Source of the DNA: an uncultured Gammaproteobacteria bacterium
GTDB taxonomy: Bacteria > Patescibacteriota > Microgenomatia > JAMCZE01
DNA length: 64,000 bases
Direction of reading: 5' to 3'
Assembly (NCBI GenBank): GCA_964641255.1
Contig: CAZXMM010000001.1
Coordinates: 15,757-79,756, forward strand
Shown piece by piece: positions 25,365 through 34,944 of the stretch. Positions within the stretch are counted from its first letter, which is position 1, and every line of letters starts with the position of its first letter. The position numbers and the translations under genes were made by a program. The notes beneath the pieces were generated by a model. The model saw only the letters and a list, made by a program, of their open reading frames with translations. It ran no database searches and was not told where the DNA came from.

Positions 25365-27737
25365 CTAGAAAAGGTGGGACCGAGAGGCGATTTCTGCTTC
25401 CACCTCGCGGATGTCTCGAGCGTATTTGAGAGAAGACAACTCCTTAATCATCTCGGCCACCTTGGGGTTTCTCCCCTGATTGATTTTTTCAAAATCGTGA
25501 TTAATTTCTACACTAAAGACTGGTACCGGCTCGTTTTTAACGAGCGTTTTCATATAACCGTTGTAAGCTTCGACTTTCAGCAGGTCGGATTCGCTAAAGG
25601 TGGGAGAATATTCGTGGGCTAAGAACTGGGCGTCAGCTACCCCGACCCGAAAGGCAATCTTGGTGCCTACGTTACCAAAAATGGCATTTTTGACGTCCTC
25701 TTCGACCTGGGAAATGAACTGATTGGCTACTGTCAGAGCCAGTCCGTACTTGCGAGCCTCGGAGAGGATCACGGCGAAATCAGGAGTGGCAAAATTTTGA
25801 AACTCATCAACATACAGATAGAAAGGTATGCGTTCGGCTTCCGGGATGTCTTGCCGAGAGATAGCTGAGGCTAAAATTTTAGGTACCAACAGGTTGCCAA
25901 TAAAATTACTATTTTCTTCTCCAATTAACCCCTTGGCTAAATTGACAATAATGATCTTGCGCTCATCCATGGCCTTGCGGAAGTCAAAAGCGCTCTTTGA
26001 CTGACCAATAATATTGCGGATCATTTTATTGACCACGAAGCGGCTAAATTTGGAGACGATATAATCTAGGGTCTCAGACTTATGGAACTCAGTAGTAGAG
26101 GCAATTTGCTCGGTCCAAAACCGCTTTACCATCTGGTCACTCACTCTGGGGAGAAGTTCCTGCAGAAATGGCCCACCGGGATCTTGTAGTACGCGCATTA
26201 CTTCAATTAGAGTGCCCTCGGGCATTGCCTCCATGACCGTCAACATGGCATTGCGCACCGAATGTTCGAGACGGGGACCCACAATTCCGGTTTGGTGCGG
26301 GTCGTAGAGCTTATAAAGTAGACCGATAAAGCCCGAGACCACCATGTGACGCTGCATATCACTGTGAGCTTCCATGATATTCCAACCCATTGGTCGGTTT
26401 AAATTTGAGGGATCAAAATAGATTACATCCTCGGCCCGCTCGGGGGGAATCTGTTCCAGAATCTTTTCAAACGTATCGTGAGGATCAATGAAGCACACCC
26501 CTTTACCCTCCCGAATATCTTGCAGGATCATTTGGGACATAAGAAGCGACTTTCCAGTACCAGTGGCACCGATAATATACACGTGGCGCAACCGGTCGGG
26601 ATCAAGCAAATGGACTTCCCGCTCTTGACCCCGAAAAACAGACTTACCCACGAGTAACCCGCCATGATCAGGAACCTGTTGGGGAGCGGGCGCCCGTTTA
26701 GCATTGAGCCAAAAAATACCCGGGGTTTCAATTGATTTATTAGGAAAATGACAAATGGTGGCTAACTCCTCAGCCGATAAAATACTAGGGGTAGCAAATA
26801 ATGGTTGGTAGCGGTAAATAAAGTCGGTCATAAAGTTGTGGGCAATACGGATTTTGTCGCCCGAAAAACCGTTTTGATCCGAAGAAAATTGGGAGAATGA
26901 ACCCTTGAGATTATCTAGTATAGATTTGGCTTGAGCTTTATCGGCGGCACTGACTACAATCCGAATCGAGGTAGAAAAACCCACTTTACTCACTTTATTC
27001 TCAATCGCCTCTAATGTCTTGGCGTCCACGTTAAACTTGGCCTTTTCCGGATCGGCCTCGTTTTTCTTGGTTTTACTAATATACTTTCTTCCCTGACTGC
27101 GCCACTCATTGGGGGCCGGAGCGACAATAAACTGTACCACCGCTCCCTCTCCTTCACTCAGCTTGGCAAGACTGGAAGTGATCTGGGAAAGCGGATCCAC
27201 CGCTAAATCACGAAAGTTCTTAATTGGCATATAATTGGCGGCTTTAAGCTTCAAACTAGCGAAGGCGACCTCTCCTTTTTCCGAAAAAATTGAATGATCT
27301 TCGACTTCCAAAATAGCGGCGCCGTTAAAAGTGGAGTGAATTTGCTTTTCGATCAGATCGCGTTGTTTCTGGGGGACGGACACATAAAACCTGATGTCTC
27401 CGGGCCGACCCACTATCTCAAAAGAGATATGATCCTGAATTCGTAAAAAATCAAAATCAAACCAGCTCGACTTACCACGATAAATCGAATAAAGTGAGGA
27501 AAAAAATTGCTCCATGGCGTCGATCTTGACTTCATTGTCTCTGGGCACCGCTACCTGAAGCAGGACATAATCTAGGGCGTGTTCCTCCCGATTGCGCCAC
27601 TTATAAAACTGGAGGAATAGGTAACCTAACAAGCCCAAGGACACAACCACCAAAGTAATCGTCAGCAGTCCAATAGCTACAATGGCTGTCAGTTCTGGAA
27701 GTTGTAATAAAAAGACGTCAAGGGCAGCGAGATCCAT
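25365..27737 (-). CDS. VirD4/TraG/HerA-like P-loop ATPase (CPR type)
   Basis: HVYIIGATGTGKS, IDPHD, LYVDEFQNF, LSEARKYGL. Confidence 0.88.
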   Translation of the reverse strand: MDLAALDVFLLQLPELTAIVAIGLLTITLVVVSLGLLGYLFLQFYKWRNREEHALDYVLLQVAVPRDNEVKIDAMEQFFSSLYSIYRGKSSWFDFDFLRIQDHISFEIVGRPGDIRFYVSVPQKQRDLIEKQIHSTFNGAAILEVEDHSIFSEKGEVAFASLKLKAANYMPIKNFRDLAVDPLSQITSSLAKLSEGEGAVVQFIVAPAPNEWRSQGRKYISKTKKNEADPEKAKFNVDAKTLEAIENKVSKVGFSTSIRIVVSAADKAQAKSILDNLKGSFSQFSSDQNGFSGDKIRIAHNFMTDFIYRYQPLFATPSILSAEELATICHFPNKSIETPGIFWLNAKRAPAPQQVPDHGGLLVGKSVFRGQEREVHLLDPDRLRHVYIIGATGTGKSLLMSQMILQDIREGKGVCFIDPHDTFEKILEQIPPERAEDVIYFDPSNLNRPMGWNIMEAHSDMQRHMVVSGFIGLLYKLYDPHQTGIVGPRLEHSVRNAMLTVMEAMPEGTLIEVMRVLQDPGGPFLQELLPRVSDQMVKRFWTEQIASTTEFHKSETLDYIVSKFSRFVVNKMIRNIIGQSKSAFDFRKAMDERKIIIVNLAKGLIGEENSNFIGNLLVPKILASAISRQDIPEAERIPFYLYVDEFQNFATPDFAVILSEARKYGLALTVANQFISQVEEDVKNAIFGNVGTKIAFRVGVADAQFLAHEYSPTFSESDLLKVEAYNGYMKTLVKNEPVPVFSVEINHDFEKINQGRNPKVAEMIKELSSLKYARDIREVEAEIASRSHLF

Positions 27738-27749
27738 GGAACAATAATA

Positions 27750-28340
27750 TCACTTCTCCACCCCTTTGGACCGCACAATTCTACCGCTGACTTTTTTTAG
27801 GTGGTAGTGCGCTTTGAGAAGTTGATAAATAAACCACTCGGCCAGCCAGCGAAACCCACTGCTGGTGGGTTTTTTAAGCCCGATAGTAACTTGGTCGTCA
27901 GACAGCGAAGTACCACCTACTGAAAACCCGGTGGCGGCTTGCATTGGAGTGTGAACGGTGACCGTGGGACTGATACCCATTTCCCTAGCCACATCTTCTG
28001 GAAGCGTAATCTCACCCGACTCTACTTTCTCAATCCCCCCCAGCTCCGCCACTTCTTTTTCCAGTTCGATCTCCCGAGCGTACTGTTCCCAGTACTCATC
28101 TCCTTCGGCTTTAGCCACCTTATCTGCTTCAGCATAGTTAGGAGTGCTTTTCCCAATAGCTTGATCGGAAAAGTGTGGTACACCTACTTCTTTACTCGGG
28201 CTAGACACGGGACTAGGAGTTGTCGCGGCATTTGCTGGTGCTATGGGGGGCGGACCCGCCGCAGAATCAACGGCCGGATCAACTGGGGTTGGGGAAGAAG
28301 TGGGATTATTATCACTGGGATTTTGAGCAGGATCAGCCAT
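27750..28340 (-). CDS. Hypothetical protein with P/S/T-rich N-terminus
   Basis: 196-aa ORF co-oriented with neighbours; C-terminal RWLAEW...QLLKAH. Confidence 0.7.
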   Translation of the reverse strand: MADPAQNPSDNNPTSSPTPVDPAVDSAAGPPPIAPANAATTPSPVSSPSKEVGVPHFSDQAIGKSTPNYAEADKVAKAEGDEYWEQYAREIELEKEVAELGGIEKVESGEITLPEDVAREMGISPTVTVHTPMQAATGFSVGGTSLSDDQVTIGLKKPTSSGFRWLAEWFIYQLLKAHYHLKKVSGRIVRSKGVEK

Positions 28341-28370
28341 ATGCTTTCAGCATAGCATATTCTTTACCCG

Positions 28371-29387
28371 CTAATCCCAGTTTAAATCCCCAGCAGTTTT
28401 ATACTCGGTAACTCTGGTTTCGAAGAAATTCTTTTCTTTGCGCAAATCCACGATTTCACTAATCCACGGGAAAGGATTGTCACTACCATAAACTTTCTCC
28501 AGATTAATGCGCTCTAAACGCCGATCAGCAATGTACTGCATATATTCCCTAATTACCTCAGCATTAAGCCCCAAAATTCCCCGTGGTAGTGAATCTTTAG
28601 CGTACAAGCATTCCAGCTCCACACCTTTTTTGATATTGTCGGTAATAATTTTTTTGAATTCCGGCGTCCAAATGGCGGGATTTTCGGCTACGATTTGATT
28701 GATAAGATCTGAGCCAAAAGCCAAATGAACCGATTCGTCGCGAAGAATATATTGAAACTGCTGGCCTACCCCCACCATCCTATTTTGTCTCATAAAAGAC
28801 AACATCATCGCAAAGCCGGCATAAAAGAAGATTCCCTCCATAATGACATAGTAGCCCACTAAGTCGTGGACAAATCGCTGGATATTTTCCACTCCCTGGG
28901 TAGTGAAATTGGGGTCAAAAATCGATTTGGTCATGTTAACCACAAACTCGTCTTTTTCCCTAATCGAGGGGATAGTCATATACATGTTATAGACCTGGTC
29001 GGGATCAAGACCTAAGGAGTCGCAGGAGTAGATAAAAGTTTCGGTGTGAATGGCTTCCTCATAGCCCTGACGCAGTAGATATTGGCGACACTCGGGATTA
29101 GTTATATGGCGATAGATGGCAAGAACAATATTGTTGGCGGTCAAACTCTCAGCTGTTGAAAAAAAACCCAGATTCCACAGTACCATTCGCCTTTCATCAT
29201 CGGTTAGTGCACCGGAGCCCTGTCTCTTCCACAGTTCAATATCATCCTGCATGGGAATTTCTTCCGGCACCCAGTTATTGGCGACACCTTTTTTGTAGTG
29301 CTCTCTGGCCCAAGGATACTTAATTGGCAGTATCTTGTTGGGGTCAGTTTCGGAGTTATTTAAAATTTGTTTAATCGGACTGGACAT
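28371..29387 (-). CDS. nrdB: Ribonucleotide reductase beta subunit, class Ic (R2c) signature
   Basis: FFSTAESL, EEAIHTETF, MEGIFFYAGF, RDESVH, NFFETRVTEY. Confidence 0.93.
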   Translation of the reverse strand: MSSPIKQILNNSETDPNKILPIKYPWAREHYKKGVANNWVPEEIPMQDDIELWKRQGSGALTDDERRMVLWNLGFFSTAESLTANNIVLAIYRHITNPECRQYLLRQGYEEAIHTETFIYSCDSLGLDPDQVYNMYMTIPSIREKDEFVVNMTKSIFDPNFTTQGVENIQRFVHDLVGYYVIMEGIFFYAGFAMMLSFMRQNRMVGVGQQFQYILRDESVHLAFGSDLINQIVAENPAIWTPEFKKIITDNIKKGVELECLYAKDSLPRGILGLNAEVIREYMQYIADRRLERINLEKVYGSDNPFPWISEIVDLRKEKNFFETRVTEYKTAGDLNWD

Positions 29388-29392
29388 AGTTA

Positions 29393-29998
29393 TTACTTGC
29401 CTTTATCGAAAAATGTTGCAACTTGGGTTCCTCTTGAGAAACTCTCCCCAAGTATCACTTTTATATCACAACTATAGTTATATTTGGAAGACACCAATCT
29501 TCCCCATAAAGTAAATTCTTCTTCGGTCCATTCAAACTTATGTCCTAGTACTCTAAGTTCCTTTGCTGTCCTCACTCCGCCTACTATCCCCTTTAGGGAT
29601 CGCGGAGTGGTAATGACAATCACCCGAGGATGTAATCGATTAAAAAGCTCTGTTTCTAGGCTCTTCAGGTCTCGTTTGCTAAAATGTTCTATTACTTCGA
29701 TTAGAACGACGGCTTCAATACCAGAGTAATTCTTCAAATCTATAAGTCTGCCCAGAAAAAGAGAGACATTTTTATTTTTCCCAAGATATTTACCTGCCAA
29801 TTTTAATGACTTCTTATCATGGTCAATCCCAATTAGTTTTTTAAATATTTTTTCATTTGATAGTAGCTCTAAAAATTGGCCGTCACCGCAGCCGAAGTCC
29901 AAAACGCTGGTAACTCTTTTTTTCTTTAGAATTTCAAGGACAGTGTTATGCCTCTTGCTATGCGACTTATTTTGCTTATCACTAAAACCAGATCGCAT
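29393..29998 (-). CDS. Hen1-like SAM-dependent RNA 2'-O-methyltransferase domain
   Basis: LDFGCGDG, EVIEH, ITTP, HKFEWTEEEF..W, TQVATF. Confidence 0.78.
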   Translation of the reverse strand: MRSGFSDKQNKSHSKRHNTVLEILKKKRVTSVLDFGCGDGQFLELLSNEKIFKKLIGIDHDKKSLKLAGKYLGKNKNVSLFLGRLIDLKNYSGIEAVVLIEVIEHFSKRDLKSLETELFNRLHPRVIVITTPRSLKGIVGGVRTAKELRVLGHKFEWTEEEFTLWGRLVSSKYNYSCDIKVILGESFSRGTQVATFFDKGK

Positions 29999-30016
29999 AG
30001 TTGTAAACTCACAATC

Positions 30017-30301
30017 CTACTTAGTCAACTTTTGGAACCTGGTAGTTTTTCTGCCCTGTTGGTCCTCGACTGGGGAAAACCATTCCGATAGGGGCCGGTC
30101 CCAGACAAAATCTGCTGGATAATTATCGTAATCTGGATGGTAAAGCACCCCAGGTTCTTCACTTTCCTCTCTCATTGCAATACCCCTTATGGTGTAGAGT
30201 TGGTCCGGTTGTTTGTAGTGAAACCACCGACTTCCCGGAGGGACCAGGGCTACTGCTTCCTGCCATTTTTTGATAATCTCTTCAGCGCTGGTATGAGCCA
30301 T
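30017..30301 (-). CDS. DUF1653-like protein
   Basis: HYK...Y...GIA..E..E..VLY...W.RPLSEW...RF. Confidence 0.75.
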   Translation of the reverse strand: MAHTSAEEIIKKWQEAVALVPPGSRWFHYKQPDQLYTIRGIAMREESEEPGVLYHPDYDNYPADFVWDRPLSEWFSPVEDQQGRKTTRFQKLTK

Positions 30302-30322
30302 ACAAATCTAATTTTATGATAA

Positions 30323-33300
30323 TTATTGGCAGGCTTCACACTCGGGATCACTAATAAGACAGGCTTTCCCCAGTTTAATTTCCTCCCCCACTTGAATTTT
30401 TACCGTACCGTCAGCCTTTTGTTCCAGTACTGAAACTGTCTTTTCAGAAACAGCTACCGACTCTAAAGGCGCTACACTGACGGTAGCAAAGTGCCCCTGC
30501 CCAAAATCACTGGTATAGTTTTCCTTGCTAACCGTCTTGACAGTATCATTACTAACCATTATCTCTTCGGCGCTATGACCATTACCCTGTTTTTTGAGAT
30601 CCACGGTATTTTTCTCGATACTGGAGGCGGCTAGGGTTCTAAGGTAATACGTCGTTTTTAGTCCCATCTGCCAGGCGTACATGTAAATATCTGACAGTTC
30701 TTTTCCGGAAGAACTGGCAGAAAAAATATTAAGCGATTGGCTCTGATCCATCCACCTACCCCGGTAAGCAGCCTGCTTAATTGACCACCGCGGATCGATC
30801 TCAAAGGCTTCTTTATACTTTTCCTTAAGCGACTGGGGAATCCCCACAATCTTCTGGATACTACCGTCGTGGGCCTTAATTTCCTCAACTAGTTCTGCGG
30901 ACCAGAGACCTAAAGACTTCAGGTCATCTTTAAGAAAATGGTTGTCAACGGTAAACTCCCCGCTCATGTTGGATTTTACATAAAGATTTTTATAAATTGG
31001 CTCGATTCCGGGGAAACACCCGGAAATGTTAGAAATCGTCGCCGTAGGGGCAATCGCCATGGTATTTGAGTTACGCATGCCGTTAACCCTGACCGCCTCT
31101 CTCACTACCGACCAATCCAAGCGTTCATCACGGGGCACATCAATTTTCATTCCCCGCTCTTCCTCAAGAAGAGCTAGAGTGTCTTGGGGGAAGATTCCCC
31201 TGTCCCACTTGGATCCTTTATAGCTTTCGTAGGTTCCACGTTCGGCAGCTAGATTAGAGGAGCCCAGAATGGCATAGTACGCCACCGCCTCCATACTCTC
31301 GTCAGCAAACTTCACCGCAGCCTCTGAAGCGAAAGGGATATTGAGCATAAAGAGTGCGTCCTGAAAGCCCATGATCCCTAGACCTACTGGACGGTGCTTA
31401 AAATTAGAATGCCGCGCCTCCTCGGTCGGGTAGAAATTAATGTCAATGACGTTATCCAGCATCCGCATGGCAATTAGGACAGTTTCCTTAAGCATTTCCA
31501 AATCTAGCTTGCCGTTAACAATGTGTTTGGTTAAGTTCACCGACCCCAAATTACACACCGCCGTCTCACTCGGAGAGGTGTTTAGAGTAATTTCGGTACA
31601 TAAATTAGAACTATGAATTACCCCAACGTGGTCTTGGGGAGAGCGAATATTGCAAGGGTCCTTCCAAGTAATCCAAGGGTGGCCTGTCTCAAACAGACGA
31701 GTAATCATTTTTTTCCACAGGTCCCTCGCTTTAATGGTCTTGAAAAGCTTTATTTCCCCCTGTTTGGCCTTGTCCTCATAGGCAGTATAAGCCTGTTCAA
31801 ACTTTTGGCCATAAATTTCGTGAAGGTCGGGTGTTTCATCGGGAGAAAAGAGAGTCCAGTCTTGATCGGCAGCGACTCTTTTCATAAATAGATCAGGAAT
31901 CCAGTTAGAGGTATTCATGTCATGAGTCCGGCGCCGCTCATCTCCAGTGTTGCGCCGCAGATCGAGGAAATCCTCGATATCCAGATGCCAAGTTTCTAAG
32001 TAAGCGCAGGTGGCTCCGTGACGCTTACCACTGCGGTTAATAGCTACTGTTGTGTCATTGGCGATCCTAAGGAACGGGATTACTCCTTGGCTGGCGACAC
32101 CGGTTTTCTTAATTAGCGCCCCGGTCGCCCGCAAACTACTCCAGTCGTTTCCCAGCCCTCCCGACCACTTAGACAGCTGGGCGTTGTCACTTAGGCACTT
32201 AAAAATATGTACCAGGTCGTCACTAATGGTAGTCAAATAACAAGAAGACAACTGGGGATAGGTAGTGGCAGCCTGAAACAGCGTAGGCGTCGAGGACACG
32301 AACTTTAGGGTAGACAGGTTTTTATAAAACTTAATGGCCCATTTTTCTCTATCTTTCTCTTTAAGAGAGAGTCCGATCGCTACCCGCATCCAAAACGCCT
32401 GGGGCGTCTCCAAGCGACGCTCGCCATTAGCTAAAAAATACCGGTCGTAAAGCGTTTGTAAACCTCGGTATGTAAACAGTGAGTCTTTTTCCATATCCAG
32501 ATGCCTTGAGAGCAAATCAAGATCAAATTCCAGGACTTCGGGAGTGACTTTGCCGATTTCTACTGCGAATTTCAAATTATCAACAAAAGCCTGTTGATAA
32601 ACCTTTACTAGTTCTTCCTGACGGTACTTCTTCCCGATGACCTCTTTATAAAGAGTGGTTAGAAACAACCGCACCGTGACCCGATCGTAGATAGAATTTT
32701 TCTCAATAAAAGATTTAGTCGTTAAATAGCCCAGCCGCGCAATCTCTTGTGAAGAGATACCATCATAAATTGAGGCCACCGCTAACCTAACTAAACTGGT
32801 TAAATCAACAGTGTCTTCAAAACCCTCTACAGCACTTCTCATAAAAGCTTCGAGTTTTTTTTCTTGAAAAGCTTCTTTAGAACCGTCTCGTTTGACTACC
32901 AAAAACGGAGCGGTTTCTACCTTGGCGGAAATACCAGCGGAAGCGGCCAGATCACGCATTTCCGCCCGCTGTTGCCGATAAAGAATGTAGCGCTTAGCGG
33001 CTTCAAATTCCCCCGCTGCCTGAAGTACCATTTCCACCGTGTCTTGAACATTCTCCACGGTCGGGGCCGGATATTTGGCTGCCACAATATTCACTACTTG
33101 AGTAGCTAGTAAAGCCACGGTCACCTCGGGTACTCGACCAAAAGAGTCAAAGCATTTTTGTATGGCGTTTTCAATTCTCGACCGATCAAAAGGCACCGTT
33201 TGACCAGTTCTTTTAATAATCGTCTTAGGCATCACAATACCCGCCTCGGTGATGTATTCCTGGACTTGTAAAATTGGGGTAGCCGCAGCAATTACTTCTT

Positions 33301-33466
33301 CGGTGTGAGAATGACCGTTGGTATTTTTAGCGTCAGCAGTAGCTGTCATAGTGGCTTGAGTATTATTAAATAACTTGGCACCTTTATAAGGTCTACCTGG
33401 TCGAATAATTCTCGGTATCGGTTCGGTTATTGGTGTGGTCGGGTTTGCCTGGGCCATATTAAGCAA
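30323..33466 (-). CDS. nrdA: Ribonucleotide reductase alpha subunit with two ATP-cones
   Basis: IIKRTG and VVKRDG cones, QLSSCY, SSNLCTEI, APTATIS, KTTYY, C-terminal CxxxxxxCEACQ. Confidence 0.96.
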   Translation of the reverse strand: MLNMAQANPTTPITEPIPRIIRPGRPYKGAKLFNNTQATMTATADAKNTNGHSHTEEVIAAATPILQVQEYITEAGIVMPKTIIKRTGQTVPFDRSRIENAIQKCFDSFGRVPEVTVALLATQVVNIVAAKYPAPTVENVQDTVEMVLQAAGEFEAAKRYILYRQQRAEMRDLAASAGISAKVETAPFLVVKRDGSKEAFQEKKLEAFMRSAVEGFEDTVDLTSLVRLAVASIYDGISSQEIARLGYLTTKSFIEKNSIYDRVTVRLFLTTLYKEVIGKKYRQEELVKVYQQAFVDNLKFAVEIGKVTPEVLEFDLDLLSRHLDMEKDSLFTYRGLQTLYDRYFLANGERRLETPQAFWMRVAIGLSLKEKDREKWAIKFYKNLSTLKFVSSTPTLFQAATTYPQLSSCYLTTISDDLVHIFKCLSDNAQLSKWSGGLGNDWSSLRATGALIKKTGVASQGVIPFLRIANDTTVAINRSGKRHGATCAYLETWHLDIEDFLDLRRNTGDERRRTHDMNTSNWIPDLFMKRVAADQDWTLFSPDETPDLHEIYGQKFEQAYTAYEDKAKQGEIKLFKTIKARDLWKKMITRLFETGHPWITWKDPCNIRSPQDHVGVIHSSNLCTEITLNTSPSETAVCNLGSVNLTKHIVNGKLDLEMLKETVLIAMRMLDNVIDINFYPTEEARHSNFKHRPVGLGIMGFQDALFMLNIPFASEAAVKFADESMEAVAYYAILGSSNLAAERGTYESYKGSKWDRGIFPQDTLALLEEERGMKIDVPRDERLDWSVVREAVRVNGMRNSNTMAIAPTATISNISGCFPGIEPIYKNLYVKSNMSGEFTVDNHFLKDDLKSLGLWSAELVEEIKAHDGSIQKIVGIPQSLKEKYKEAFEIDPRWSIKQAAYRGRWMDQSQSLNIFSASSSGKELSDIYMYAWQMGLKTTYYLRTLAASSIEKNTVDLKKQGNGHSAEEIMVSNDTVKTVSKENYTSDFGQGHFATVSVAPLESVAVSEKTVSVLEQKADGTVKIQVGEEIKLGKACLISDPECEACQ

Positions 33467-33899
33467 GCTTATCGATTAATTTTTCAAAATCTTCTAGACT
33501 TTCAAAATCTAAATAAACACTGGCAAATCTGATATATGCGACTTTGTCAATTTTCTTTAGCCTCTTAAGTACTGCGTTACCAATTGTTTTACTACTAATC
33601 TCGGTGGAATTTTTGTTTCTTAACTCTTGTTCGATTTCCTCCACAATAGTGTCGATAAGCTCAGTGGCAATAGCCCGTTTTTGTGTAGCCTGGACAATGC
33701 CTCGCCTAAGTTTCTCCCGGTCAAATTTCTCCCGTCGATTATCCTTTTTAATCACCGCCAGTTCGACACTTTCTACCCGCTCATAAGTTGTAAATCTCTT
33801 CTCACAGCTACGACATTCTCGGCGCCGCCTGGTAGAACCCTCGCCATCCCGCGTTTCCATTACGTCAGTTTCTTCGCTACCGCAATAAGGACACTTCAC
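33459..33899 (-). CDS. nrdR: Transcriptional repressor NrdR
   Basis: KCPYC...RRRRECRSCEKRFTTYE, AYIRFASVY. Confidence 0.97.
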   Translation of the reverse strand: MKCPYCGSEETDVMETRDGEGSTRRRRECRSCEKRFTTYERVESVELAVIKKDNRREKFDREKLRRGIVQATQKRAIATELIDTIVEEIEQELRNKNSTEISSKTIGNAVLKRLKKIDKVAYIRFASVYLDFESLEDFEKLIDKLA

Positions 33900-33979
33900 A
33901 AAGTTAAAAGTTTATAAAGTTAAAAGTTATAAAGCACTTTATGACTTTATAAACCCGCTAACTTTAGAAACTTGAGTTA

Positions 33980-34027
33980 ACACTACATCTAGTGACGCCT
34001 TTCACGATAAGCCACTAAATAAGGGGT
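33980..34027. promoter_or_regulatory. Tandem NrdR boxes
   Basis: ACACTACATCTAGTGA (33980) and CCACTAAATAAGGGGT (34012), 32 bp apart, upstream of nrdR-nrdA. Confidence 0.75.
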
Positions 34028-34116
34028 GTCAACTAACAATAACTATGGCAAAGGGGGTCAATTCTTTAATTCGAAGCTAGGCTAATTTTTGGGCCAATAA
34101 TTTTATGACTATAACC

Positions 34117-34701
34117 CTAATTTAACTTGGTCATAAGCAGTTTTCTTACTCGATCGTAGCTTTTTGCATTATCTTGACGAGCTGTTATCAAAGACTTTTC
34201 TCTTCCCTCAGCTTGACCCAAAATCTCTTTATGCTTAGCCGTAGCCACTGTTAGCTTAGCCACGGCATCACTTGCACTTTTACCTGATAAGGTCTCTACT
34301 CCATCAACCGCCGCCGCTAAATGTTCTTCTGCTGTGAGATAGGTTTGGGCTGCCAAAGCAAGATTACGATTTAATTCTAGCTCTCTAGCGGCAGCTAATC
34401 TTTTGTCAGCCAAAAAGAGTAAGTAAAACACCCGATCGGTGGGGTGTTGGATCAACAGGAGCGCTAGTTTGTCACGGGCTACTTTTAGAAAATAAAGCGG
34501 ACTATCGGGCAGTATCCCGGGGTAAGGCAAATTATAATCAAGTGGTTGTGGAGATAGTGTCACTAGTACAGGCGCGGGGGGTACTACGAGTGTTGGTTCT
34601 ACTGCCCCAGTAGGAAGCAGGGTCGCCCCAGCAATAACGATAAAGAAGACTAAAGATAAGCCCATCTTGCGCAGAGAGAAAAATCCTCCTGGTTTCATCA
34701 T
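34117..34701 (-). CDS. DUF5667-like exported protein
   Basis: YNLPYPGILPDSPLYFLK, ADKRL. Confidence 0.75.
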   Translation of the reverse strand: MMKPGGFFSLRKMGLSLVFFIVIAGATLLPTGAVEPTLVVPPAPVLVTLSPQPLDYNLPYPGILPDSPLYFLKVARDKLALLLIQHPTDRVFYLLFLADKRLAAARELELNRNLALAAQTYLTAEEHLAAAVDGVETLSGKSASDAVAKLTVATAKHKEILGQAEGREKSLITARQDNAKSYDRVRKLLMTKLN

Positions 34702-34782
34702 TTTATTATTGTAACACCTAACACCCCCCTAGACTTTTTGACCAGATATGTTTATATTATTTTCTAGAAAGGGTTTGTTTTT

Positions 34783-34944
34783 ATGCCAATTCTCGATGCC
34801 ATTCCCGTCAACTGGTTTATTGTTGGCACTTCAATCCTCGCCGGAGTGATCCTCTTTTTAATCCTCTGGCAGATTCCTGATGAGGAAGAAACTCCTGAGG
34901 AAAGTGGCGTGGAAAAAGAAGTCCCAAAGAAAAAGAAGAAATGA
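34783..34944 (+). CDS. 53-aa single-TM protein (not in ORF track)
   Basis: MPILDAIPVNWFIVGTSILAGVILFLILWQIPDEEETPEESGVEKEVPKKKKK; ATGA overlap with next gene. Confidence 0.6.
   Translation: MPILDAIPVNWFIVGTSILAGVILFLILWQIPDEEETPEESGVEKEVPKKKKK

Noticed and set aside
25365-27737. Conjugative element suggested by the VirD4-like ATPase
   Set aside because: No relaxase or other T4SS genes; such ATPases are typical resident CPR genes.
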